From a bacterium (lineage in GTDB: Bacteria > Zhuqueibacterota > Zhuqueibacteria > Residuimicrobiales > Krinioviventaceae): a DNA stretch of 64,000 nucleotides. Positions 38,359 through 47,602 of the stretch are shown here, piece by piece (position 1 is the stretch's first letter; each line of letters begins with the position of its first letter). Where the stretch lies: contig OY843751.1 in assembly GCA_963693055.1 (NCBI GenBank), forward strand, positions 608,001 to 672,000, written 5' to 3'. Position numbers and translations under genes: made by a program. Below the pieces are notes generated by a model that was not told the DNA's origin, did not search any database, and saw only the letters and a list, made by a program, of their open reading frames with translations.

Positions 38359-39080
38359 TGATTAAAGCAAAGCATTCAAAATTTGCACATGGTATTTTTA
38401 ATATCTATTTACATATGCTTTTCAGGTCCCATTTTCATTCATTTCATCTTTTAGGAAACGAGGGAGTTGAGTTTAATCAATATCCGGTTTTACTGATTGG
38501 TAATCACAGCAGTTGGTGGGATGGATTTTTGGTTTATTATTTAAACCGAATATCATTTCATAAACAATTGTATTTGATGATGCTTGAAAAAGAACTATTA
38601 AAAAATTCTTTTTTTTCGGGTGTTGGTGCATTTTCAATCGATCAAAATTCTATATCAGCTATTAAAGAATCATTGCTGTATTCATCTGAAAAATTGAATG
38701 CTGATGAGAACAATCTAGTATGTATCTTTCCGCAGGGGGAATTGCTACCCTGGCATACACGGCCCCTTGGTTTTGACAGAGGTGTTGAATTGGTTTTGAA
38801 AAGGATCAAAACTCCGATCAATATTTGTCTGTTGGGTATGCGCATTGAAGATATGGGTGAGCAGCGTCCATTTGTTTTTTTTCAATTCGAAAATAAAGTA
38901 TATGAAAAGCCTGAAACATTAAAAATTATTGAACTGGAAACCGAATTAACAAATCTTCTCGACAATATGCAAAACCGGATAGTAGAAAAAGAATTGGGAA
39001 AACAGATATTTTCCGGAAAGCAATCCATTAACCGAATGATGGAAGCTTTATTAAATCGTGAACATCGGAGGCAGTCTTGA
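38358..39080 (+). CDS. PlsC-type acyltransferase (carotenoid glycoside acyltransferase, CruD-like)
   Basis: NHSSWWD (HX4D) and IFPQG; located within the crt cluster. Confidence 0.8.
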   Translation: MIKAKHSKFAHGIFNIYLHMLFRSHFHSFHLLGNEGVEFNQYPVLLIGNHSSWWDGFLVYYLNRISFHKQLYLMMLEKELLKNSFFSGVGAFSIDQNSISAIKESLLYSSEKLNADENNLVCIFPQGELLPWHTRPLGFDRGVELVLKRIKTPINICLLGMRIEDMGEQRPFVFFQFENKVYEKPETLKIIELETELTNLLDNMQNRIVEKELGKQIFSGKQSINRMMEALLNREHRRQS

Positions 39081-40183
39081 TATACTTGTCGATTTTGGTC
39101 CATGTGTTTTTATTTATAATCTTTTTGGTTTCTCTGTTTAACGTGATTACCGCACCCATGTTGTCTCATTGTCCTGAATCCAAAGACTATCCCAGGGTAT
39201 CTGTGCTTGTTCCTGTTCGAAATGAACAGGATACAATTGGAAAGTGTTTGCAGGGCCTGCTTGAGCAGGATTATCCCGATTATGAGATTATTGTGCTTGA
39301 TGATAATTCAACAGACCGGTCGCGAGAGATTATTGTTGATATGCAAAAAACCTCGTCCATTCGGTTGGTTGATGGTGAACCTATTACACCCGGTTGGACC
39401 GGGAAAAATTATGCCTGCCATCAACTTTTAAAAGCTGCCACGGGAGAAATTTTTATCTTTACCGATGCAGATAATTTTCATAGACCCAACGCTTTAAAGG
39501 CAACAGTTGCCTGGATGCAAAAATATGATCTGGGATTGCTTTCTGCTTTTCCGCAGCAAGTTACCACCTCCCTTGCTGAAAAACTTGTAATCCCGGTTGT
39601 GGATATGTGGGTTTACAGTATGCTTCCTTTGTGGTTGACACGTTTTAGTAAACGGCCTTCGCTTGCTGCTGCAAATGGACAATGGTTGGCATTTACTCGT
39701 GAAGCATATGAAATAACAGGCGGGCATGCTGCTGTAAAAAAAGAAATAGTTGAAGACACTCATTTGGCACGAATAGCGAAACAAAAAGGGGTACACATTC
39801 TTACACTAGCCGGACGGGATGTTGTTTATGGCAAAATGTATAATAACTGGAGCCAGGTGTATAACGGATATTCAAAAAATCTTTTTGGAATTGCTGGTTA
39901 TAATGCTATAGGATTTTCACTTTTTTTATTTCTCATGTTGATGTCTTTTGTGCTACCGTTTGTGCTTGTATGGGGTTGGCCCTTTTTGTGGTTGTACCCG
40001 ATACTGATCAATTTTGGAATCCGTACAATGATCGCTCTAAAATATAAACATCCTGTTATGGAATCAGTTATTTTTCATCCGGTTGGAATATTTTTATTTA
40101 TTGTTATAGGGATCAGGTCTATGGTTCGATACTATAAAGGTGGAGTCGAATGGAAAGGACGAAATATTGTTTTTGAAAAATGA
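39077..40183 (+). CDS. GT2 carotenoid glycosyltransferase (CruC/CrtQ-like)
   Basis: VPVRNE, DDNSTD, GWTGK..ACHQL, FTDAD, ANGQ, IVED and the C-terminal WKGR. Confidence 0.82.
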   Translation: MIYLSILVHVFLFIIFLVSLFNVITAPMLSHCPESKDYPRVSVLVPVRNEQDTIGKCLQGLLEQDYPDYEIIVLDDNSTDRSREIIVDMQKTSSIRLVDGEPITPGWTGKNYACHQLLKAATGEIFIFTDADNFHRPNALKATVAWMQKYDLGLLSAFPQQVTTSLAEKLVIPVVDMWVYSMLPLWLTRFSKRPSLAAANGQWLAFTREAYEITGGHAAVKKEIVEDTHLARIAKQKGVHILTLAGRDVVYGKMYNNWSQVYNGYSKNLFGIAGYNAIGFSLFLFLMLMSFVLPFVLVWGWPFLWLYPILINFGIRTMIALKYKHPVMESVIFHPVGIFLFIVIGIRSMVRYYKGGVEWKGRNIVFEK

Positions 40184-40817
40184 ACGAATTCAAATTTTTT
40201 TATTGTACCTGGTATTTATAGCAGGTGGCCTCTGGCATCTTTTGTGTATGTTTCAACTGATAATGAAATGGATGGCAGCTCCTTTATTGATATTCGTTTC
40301 TCTTTTAATATTCATTGGGATTTACAAACAGAATCCTGAAATACAAAATAAATACACTATATGGTGGATACTGGTTTTTATTTTTTCAATTATTGTTGAA
40401 GCTATTGGAGTAAAAACCGGAATGATATTCGGGCAGTATCAATATGGTGATGTTTTATATCCCAAAATATTGGGAGTACCTCTGGCTATTGGTTTTGCAT
40501 GGACATTGATTTTACTTTCATCACTTGCGGTTGTTAGATCAATAAAGATTAATCGTTCACTTTTGCTGTTGTTTGTTGTACCCTTGTTTATGGTTTTGTT
40601 TGATTTCTTGATGGAGCCAGCTGCTACGGTTTTGGACTATTGGGCCTGGAGGGGGAATACAATTCCTGTATTGAATTACATTGCCTGGTATTTTATCAGT
40701 CTGGTGTTTGTTTGTGGGGGGACGTTTTTCGGATTGTTTCGATTAAAACTACCTGCATTTGTTAAGCATGTATATTGGAGTCAATTTATATACTTTATAA
40801 TTGTTCGGTTGGGATAA
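40167..40817 (+). CDS. cruF: Carotenoid 1,2-hydratase-like membrane protein (CruF/DUF422)
   Basis: EAIGVKTG.IFG.Y.Y, GVPLAIG..W, D..MEP.A..LDYW and P..NY..W; TTG at 40167 follows AAGGA. Confidence 0.75.
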   Translation: MFLKNERIQIFLLYLVFIAGGLWHLLCMFQLIMKWMAAPLLIFVSLLIFIGIYKQNPEIQNKYTIWWILVFIFSIIVEAIGVKTGMIFGQYQYGDVLYPKILGVPLAIGFAWTLILLSSLAVVRSIKINRSLLLLFVVPLFMVLFDFLMEPAATVLDYWAWRGNTIPVLNYIAWYFISLVFVCGGTFFGLFRLKLPAFVKHVYWSQFIYFIIVRLG

Positions 40818-40823
40818 TAATTG

Positions 40824-43655
40824 TTAATCGTGTTTTTTTCTTGCCAACAAAGATTGTATGGTTTGATATAATTTGTTTGATGTATAAGGCTTTTGGAGAA
40901 ATACCGAGTCAGTTTGTTGGATAAATTTATAATACTCATCATTACAGTGATAACCGCTCGATATAATGATTGGCAGATCTGGTTTTATTTTTAGCATTTC
41001 TTTGGCACAATCAATCCCTTCCATGTCGGGTAGTGAAATATCAAGAATTGCCAGATGGAGAATTGCTTTATGCTGTTTCAGTAATTCAATTCCCTGATTC
41101 GCGGTTTCACCGCTATAAGTGTCGAAACCGAAATGTTTAAGTGTAATACTGTTTACTTCAATAATTCCGGGATCATCGTCAATTAACAAAATCTTTTGTC
41201 GGGTTACCAGTTCGTTTTCTTTCCCGTCTTTGTTTCTTTCAATTACAGGGAAATAAAGCGATACTATTGTGCCCTGATTGTCCAGAGTCTTGATAGTGAT
41301 AAAGCCATTATGGTTTTTCATTATACCGTAAACCGATGCCAACCCCATACCTTTGCCAAAATCTTTAGGATTTGTGGAAACAAACGGTTCAAACAACTGA
41401 TCGCGGATAGAAAGTGGAATACCACGTCCGGTATCAATAATCTCTAGTACAATAAATACTCTGCCAAATGAGCTGGGTATGTTTAAATCCTGATTAGATT
41501 GAACATGGTGTTGCCTGGTATGTATAATGATCTTGCCGCCATTTGAATAAGATTTTGCGGCATTCTGTAATAGCGTTTTTAATATATGTTTTAATTGTTT
41601 GTTATTGACCTGTATCTTGCCAATGTTATCACGCAAATTCAACTCTATGGTCATGTTCTCGGGGACCATGTTGTTAAGCGTTTTATCCCATGATTTTATT
41701 TTTTTGTTCAGATCAATTTGATCCATGTAGGGCTTTTCAAGATTGCTGAAATAATAAAGTTCTTGTTTCAATACAGAAGTCTTTTTTGCCAGCTTTTTTA
41801 TATTCACAATATTGGATCGTGTTTCATCATTTATATCTTTATCTAAAAGAATGGATGAGGTATTGTGATACAATTCACTCGATATAAAATCAAAGTTTTT
41901 CGCTATAGACGTAAAATAGTGCTGCAGCAGTTCAAGCTTTTCTGTTTTGTTGATGGTGTTTTTAGACAATTTTTCTGCTTTTTCAGGAGCTTTGGAAAGG
42001 TCCAATTGCAGTAGTGTTTTTTCTGGTGTTAACAGTTTTTTAACATGTAATTGAATGATCTGACCATCAAGAATATCCTGTGTGCACTGGGCAATAATTG
42101 TTTGCGTTGTGCTCTTTGAGATATTTCTGCTTTGGTTCAATAATTTATCAATATCCTCAGTCAAGACCAAAGACAGGTTTTTATTTAAGAGTTCATCTTT
42201 TTCTGCTTTCAAAAATTGGCAGGCATTGTCGGTAATATACAGGATTTTTCCATTCAATGAAGTTACAATTGCCGTTTGATTGGAAAGAAGCTGACGAGAG
42301 ATATCGTTTGTTTCAAATTCAGTTGTATTTTCTTGATCTGCAATGTTTAAAAGAGTGACCAGTAAATAAGGATTGTTGTTAATAAAGCTTTTTCGAATTG
42401 CAAGCTGCATTGAGATTTTAGAGCCGGTTGGTAATACAAAGGTAAATAAATGATCCGGATTCTTTTTATCAAGTTTTTTTGATTTAATTTCTTTCCAAAC
42501 AGATTGCGAGTTTTCATCCAAAAGGGTTTTAAAATCCTGCCCTATCATTTCCGCATTGGTTTGATCAAATATGTTTTCAATTTCACGGTTCCAAATACAT
42601 ATTTTATCCTGTTCATCAAGCACAATTACCGGGTATGGCATTGCTTTAACAAATTCTGAATAGGGGGGCTCTAGTTCGGTATGTGAATTAGTTAGGGGTG
42701 CAGACAAGCTGCTGCCATTTTCAGGTTCTTGAACAATATCTGCAAAATTTATTTTATGCTTTGGCTGTTCATCCTTGCTGATTTTGTTGAAATGAAAATG
42801 ATATTCATATCCTAAAACAGAATCGTTCAGCAACTGGGGAATGACCCTGATTTTTGTATCTGAGAATGTATAACCATTTACCTTTAATGTGGAAAACAGC
42901 CATTCCTGTTTCTTGTTTTTGATTTTAAACAAGGCGTTTTTGTCATTAGAGATAGAATCAAGATGTGATATCAGGTTTTGGCCGATCAGGGTGGAAGAGT
43001 TTATGTAACCCAGTTTTTTTAAAACAGATGGTGTAGCATCAATGACAATATGTTCTGCAGTAGTAAAAATGAGATAGTTGTCAGAATCAACATCCGTTTC
43101 ATCTTTAGGTTCAACAGGCATTTCAGGGGGAAGGAATTCCGTGGTTTCTTCTTTGGTATTTTGAAACAGTTTATAACGCTGCCAACCGGATTCTGTAAAG
43201 TGAGCAAGATCTTTTTTTATGTTATCAATCGGTTCTATTAGTTCGGTGACCGGAAGGTTATTAAAGGTAATATCTGGTTCAGGGTTTTTTGATTCTATTG
43301 AAGCAAGTTGGTCAGGGTACGCATTCAGGATCCCTACAATCATCAAAGGGTGATTGTCGCAATCGATATTAAAATAGACACAATCAATATTTCCATTTTC
43401 TATTTCCAGATAGACCGTTTTCCCATCGGATAATAATGAACGGGTATGTAATTGTGCGAGGGGAATGGATAACGACTCGTTCAAACGTGTATGCAGGTCA
43501 GGATTACAATTGGGAGCAAAAGCAATAGCCTCCGGTTTGTATTCTGCATTATAAATACCAACAGTTAGCTGGTATTTTTTTGCAAAAGAATTCAGTAATT
43601 CTACAAGAATTTCCTGATCAATAATCTGGTTCAACTTGACAATTGTATCAATCAA
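40824..43655 (-). CDS. Cytoplasmic PocR/PAS hybrid histidine-kinase-like protein with a degenerate H-box
   Basis: PocR-like N-terminus, several PAS-like segments, HATPase (DTGRGI, FEPF, GKGMGL), receiver (LAILD). The H-box position reads SIAKNF. Confidence 0.8.
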   Translation of the reverse strand: MIDTIVKLNQIIDQEILVELLNSFAKKYQLTVGIYNAEYKPEAIAFAPNCNPDLHTRLNESLSIPLAQLHTRSLLSDGKTVYLEIENGNIDCVYFNIDCDNHPLMIVGILNAYPDQLASIESKNPEPDITFNNLPVTELIEPIDNIKKDLAHFTESGWQRYKLFQNTKEETTEFLPPEMPVEPKDETDVDSDNYLIFTTAEHIVIDATPSVLKKLGYINSSTLIGQNLISHLDSISNDKNALFKIKNKKQEWLFSTLKVNGYTFSDTKIRVIPQLLNDSVLGYEYHFHFNKISKDEQPKHKINFADIVQEPENGSSLSAPLTNSHTELEPPYSEFVKAMPYPVIVLDEQDKICIWNREIENIFDQTNAEMIGQDFKTLLDENSQSVWKEIKSKKLDKKNPDHLFTFVLPTGSKISMQLAIRKSFINNNPYLLVTLLNIADQENTTEFETNDISRQLLSNQTAIVTSLNGKILYITDNACQFLKAEKDELLNKNLSLVLTEDIDKLLNQSRNISKSTTQTIIAQCTQDILDGQIIQLHVKKLLTPEKTLLQLDLSKAPEKAEKLSKNTINKTEKLELLQHYFTSIAKNFDFISSELYHNTSSILLDKDINDETRSNIVNIKKLAKKTSVLKQELYYFSNLEKPYMDQIDLNKKIKSWDKTLNNMVPENMTIELNLRDNIGKIQVNNKQLKHILKTLLQNAAKSYSNGGKIIIHTRQHHVQSNQDLNIPSSFGRVFIVLEIIDTGRGIPLSIRDQLFEPFVSTNPKDFGKGMGLASVYGIMKNHNGFITIKTLDNQGTIVSLYFPVIERNKDGKENELVTRQKILLIDDDPGIIEVNSITLKHFGFDTYSGETANQGIELLKQHKAILHLAILDISLPDMEGIDCAKEMLKIKPDLPIIISSGYHCNDEYYKFIQQTDSVFLQKPYTSNKLYQTIQSLLARKKHD

Positions 43656-43873
43656 ATTTCGCTATCCCGATGTATTAAACCTGCTTCAATACTATTAATC
43701 AAAGTCTTGGTTGCAAAATTTATACCGGTAGTCAATAATATATTGGATGGAGAAGTGTTTATAGGTTGTGTGAAAACAATGCATTGTGGTTGATGAAAGA
43801 AAAAATATTTTTGTCCCATTCAACCACAATATATTTATCAGGAACTTTTACCCTGTTTAGGAAAAATTGCCCA

Positions 43874-45277
43874 CTATTCGATTATAAAGTCTATTACTTT
43901 ATCAATGGATTGCTGACATACAGGGCAAAAATCAATAACTCTTTTGGAAAACATTCTACAGTCGGTTGTTGGCCGGTAAATGCCAGTAGATGAATATCCT
44001 GCACCTTCAAAACAACCAATTTTATTTTTCCATTTTGATTCATCCATTACTTGACGCATTTTCACTTCTGTAGCTATATACTCGGGTGTATCTCTAACAT
44101 ATGAGCGTAATATGGTTCCGAGTGAATCGTAGGTGCTTTTTTCCCAAGGCGTTGGAATTTGTATTCCTGGGGTGAGCATGGATTCCCATTTCGGATGTTC
44201 AGGATCCAAAAGACAGGTTATATTGGGTTCCCAGGGATCTACACCCGGCGGATAAAATTCATCATAAGATGTATTCGATGTATAGTATTCGTCTGCTAAA
44301 CCGCCAAAGGCATGACCAAATTCGTGTACAAAAACATAATCTGACCACCACTCCACTTTGTCCGGTTGTTGACCGGTAAAGCTGGTAGACATCCAGTTAT
44401 AAATACCACCACCGCCATACCGGTTTGAATTTACAAGAATGTAAATCTGGTCATAAGGTACCATGCCGGCAATATCGCGTAGTGTTTTGTTATCGGTAGT
44501 TAAAACATATCGGGGGGAATCAAGCGAGTTAAAATGTGTATTCAATACAGTGTTTCGCCAAATATCTTTACGGGGCTCGTCAATACCAGAGTCCCGAGAT
44601 TCTACATCAATGGTCCATATGTTAAAATCTTTTCTTCGGCTGTCAAAGGGTTTTGTGGTAAACAAGTCTTTGGTATACCGTTCAACATCTTGGTGAAATT
44701 TGTATATTTCATCATGCGTGTAACCATCGCCCAGTATGACAATATCTACCTTGTTTGCTGAAGGACCGTTGTTGATAAATTTATTGATCTTGTAGGGAAA
44801 TTGTTTTTTTTCACGATTTACAAAACGAGAGTTTGGGTCAATTGTTGTGCTGAATTTTTCTTCGAATATGTTCCTGCTGTTTCGAACGGAGATAGTGATT
44901 TGTACCGGTTTCTTGGGAAACGGGCACCGAACACTTTCATGCATAGTTGCATGGATACCATTTTTTGCATCCAATGTGGTTTGATATTCTCCGAATATTG
45001 TACTGTAACCATAAGAGTAGATTAATTGATTGGTAGCAAGATCATATACTTTGAACAGGTATTTGCCATAATTAAGTGTGTCAATAAGATTTACTCTGCT
45101 TCCTGGCCATTCACCAGCCATAAACATTTCATCGAGACTAAAGTATTCATTTTGAAATGTGCCGGTGTGAAAATAATCAACGCGAAGCGTTTTGTTGATA
45201 AAGTATTGATCAAAGTCCGGTTGAGCACTCGATAAACAGGCACTCATAAGAATGATTAGAAAAACGGGTCTAAGCAT
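43874..45277 (-). CDS. Peptidase M64 (IgA-peptidase family), secreted
   Basis: Signal peptide, TLRVDY, LGDGYT, YGGGG, HEFGH.FGGLADEY and CRM...FCPVC. Confidence 0.9.
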   Translation of the reverse strand: MLRPVFLIILMSACLSSAQPDFDQYFINKTLRVDYFHTGTFQNEYFSLDEMFMAGEWPGSRVNLIDTLNYGKYLFKVYDLATNQLIYSYGYSTIFGEYQTTLDAKNGIHATMHESVRCPFPKKPVQITISVRNSRNIFEEKFSTTIDPNSRFVNREKKQFPYKINKFINNGPSANKVDIVILGDGYTHDEIYKFHQDVERYTKDLFTTKPFDSRRKDFNIWTIDVESRDSGIDEPRKDIWRNTVLNTHFNSLDSPRYVLTTDNKTLRDIAGMVPYDQIYILVNSNRYGGGGIYNWMSTSFTGQQPDKVEWWSDYVFVHEFGHAFGGLADEYYTSNTSYDEFYPPGVDPWEPNITCLLDPEHPKWESMLTPGIQIPTPWEKSTYDSLGTILRSYVRDTPEYIATEVKMRQVMDESKWKNKIGCFEGAGYSSTGIYRPTTDCRMFSKRVIDFCPVCQQSIDKVIDFIIE

Positions 45278-45374
45278 ATAATACCTTTTCTAAAATTTTA
45301 TTATTTTTATATGTTAAATATAGTTAATCGTTACAAAAAGACAATAAAAATTTAAGAAAATTACATGTCTAGAG

Positions 45375-47492
45375 TTAAATGCTTACAGTGATAGATTCTT
45401 TTAAAACAGTCCTCACTTTTCTTGCAAGATCATGGACCGTAAATGGCTTTTGCAAAAAGAAACAGTTTTTATTGATATTGGGGGTAAGGTTTTGGTTCGA
45501 GTATCCCGATATGTAAAGGACTTGAAGAGAAGGATTGATCAACTTTGCTTTTAAAGCCAGTTCATTTCCGTTAATAGAGGGCATTATATAATCTGTAATT
45601 AATAACTCTGGTTGTATAGTGCCATGCTCCAGTTCTTCAAGTGCTTTAAGCCCATCTGAGAATCCGTAAACGCGGTACCCAAAAGATTTCAAGACTTCTA
45701 TGGTAAAATCAAGTACATTGGTATCATCTTCTACCATCATAATGGTTTCTTTGCCATAATATTGTGATAATGGTTTCTCTTTGCCCAAATTTTCATTTTC
45801 AGTTTTTGTAGCAATGGGCCACAATATATGAAAAGATGTGCCCTGGCCTATTTCACTATATACATGAATATTGCCATTGTTTTGGTGGATAATGCTATAT
45901 ACCAGTGCCAGCCCCAAGCCGGTTCCGCTTTCTTTTGTTGTATAGAATGGTTCAAAAATATTTTTTAACGTACCTTTATCCATTCCAATACCATTATCGG
46001 TAATGGACAATTGTGCATATGTTCCTGCTGCCAGTCCTATATGTTTTTGAATATATTCATCATTCAATTTTCTCAAGCTGGTTTCAATTGTGATCTGCTT
46101 TTTGTGGTCTGTTTTCTTAACCATATTTACAGCATCTCTGGCATTAACTACAAGATTCAAAACAATCTGTTCAATATTGCCCAGATCTGCTTTGATGTTG
46201 GGTATTTTGTTGTCAAGTTTGGTAATTATTTCTATATCTTCATCAATGAGTCTGCGGGTCATTTTATTCAGGTCTATAATGTTTTTATTGAGGTCAATTA
46301 TTTTTGAACTGGATGTTTGTTTTTTACTAAAAGATAAAAGTTGTCGGGTGATAAAGATTGCTTTTTCTCCTGCATGAAAGATGGCTTTCAAGTCATTGGA
46401 AACAGGGTGGTTGTCATCAAGTTTTTCAAAGGCTATCTCGCAGTGTCCGTTGATAATGGTAAGCAGGTTATTAAAATCATGTGCTACACCACCCGCAAGT
46501 GTACCAATGGATTCCATCTTTTGTGCTTGAAAAAGCTGCTCTTTTAATTTTTTTAACCGAGTTGTATCTTTCATAGAACCAATGATTTTCAAAGGTTTAT
46601 TGTTTTCATCGTATACAAGTTTGGCAGCTACAGTTAAATAATAGTTGTTTTCATTCAAAGTTAAATTCAATGACTGGTTGTTGATGTATCCGATTTTTTT
46701 AATAGTATCAATAAATTCATAGTATGTGCTTTTATCGTGAAAGAATTGTTGAAAATATGTGTTAATAAATGTTTCTTTGTTTTCATGAGTACCCAGTAAC
46801 TCGTTGGGACTGATATCCAGAATTTTGCCATCCATGGTGATTTCGAAATAAATATCCTGAATATTTTCAATAATATTTAAATATTTTTCTTCATTGCTTT
46901 TAGCAAGTTCCAGTTGATGAAGCAGAGTGTTGGTGAGTATTCGGGTTACTATGGCCTGAATGATATAAATTAAGGATACGATAAAAAAACACCAATAGGT
47001 TGTATAATAACTAAAGGGAGTATGAACAATACCGATTATATTAGCATGAACAACCAGAAAAATAGATAATATGGTTGCAGTTATAATGGTAATATACATT
47101 GTTGTACTCAGTAACAAACTCGCTACCAGTATGATTGAGGGATATAAAATTAATGCATAATCATAAATTCCTTGTCCATATGCTAATAGGTATACGGTTG
47201 TAAAAAAGGTTAATATTGTCGATAAAAGAATTGAAGCCAGGTTTGTTTTTCCCATCTTGTTTATATATAAAAGCATTGCAGAAATAACTGTTTGAGACAA
47301 GATAATTAAATATAAGTATCCCCAGTTTGCAAGAAAGGCAATCAGGGATGTCAAAATCCCCATCAGTAGAGTAAATGTTAGGATGATAGATAGGAAATTA
47401 GATTTAAGCTTTTCTTCGTGGCTCAAAAAGCTTTTGGGAGCTAAAAAAGAGTATAGTGTTTTCATCATCGCTCGCATGTGGGTTGAAAGCAT
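45375..47492 (-). CDS. Membrane PAS hybrid histidine kinase (CckA-like), intact H-box
   Basis: About 5 TM helices, PAS, AQKMESIGTLAGGVAHDFNNLL, HATPase GTGLGL and receiver LITD. Confidence 0.92.
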   Translation of the reverse strand: MLSTHMRAMMKTLYSFLAPKSFLSHEEKLKSNFLSIILTFTLLMGILTSLIAFLANWGYLYLIILSQTVISAMLLYINKMGKTNLASILLSTILTFFTTVYLLAYGQGIYDYALILYPSIILVASLLLSTTMYITIITATILSIFLVVHANIIGIVHTPFSYYTTYWCFFIVSLIYIIQAIVTRILTNTLLHQLELAKSNEEKYLNIIENIQDIYFEITMDGKILDISPNELLGTHENKETFINTYFQQFFHDKSTYYEFIDTIKKIGYINNQSLNLTLNENNYYLTVAAKLVYDENNKPLKIIGSMKDTTRLKKLKEQLFQAQKMESIGTLAGGVAHDFNNLLTIINGHCEIAFEKLDDNHPVSNDLKAIFHAGEKAIFITRQLLSFSKKQTSSSKIIDLNKNIIDLNKMTRRLIDEDIEIITKLDNKIPNIKADLGNIEQIVLNLVVNARDAVNMVKKTDHKKQITIETSLRKLNDEYIQKHIGLAAGTYAQLSITDNGIGMDKGTLKNIFEPFYTTKESGTGLGLALVYSIIHQNNGNIHVYSEIGQGTSFHILWPIATKTENENLGKEKPLSQYYGKETIMMVEDDTNVLDFTIEVLKSFGYRVYGFSDGLKALEELEHGTIQPELLITDYIMPSINGNELALKAKLINPSLQVLYISGYSNQNLTPNINKNCFFLQKPFTVHDLARKVRTVLKESITVSI

Positions 47493-47602
47493 AATCGGGT
47501 ATTACTCTTATTCGTAAAAAGATTAGTATAATATTTGTTTTATTGAAAAATCTAATGAAAAACTTAACAAATATTATGCCATTTTCGCAAATATATAAAT
47601 TT

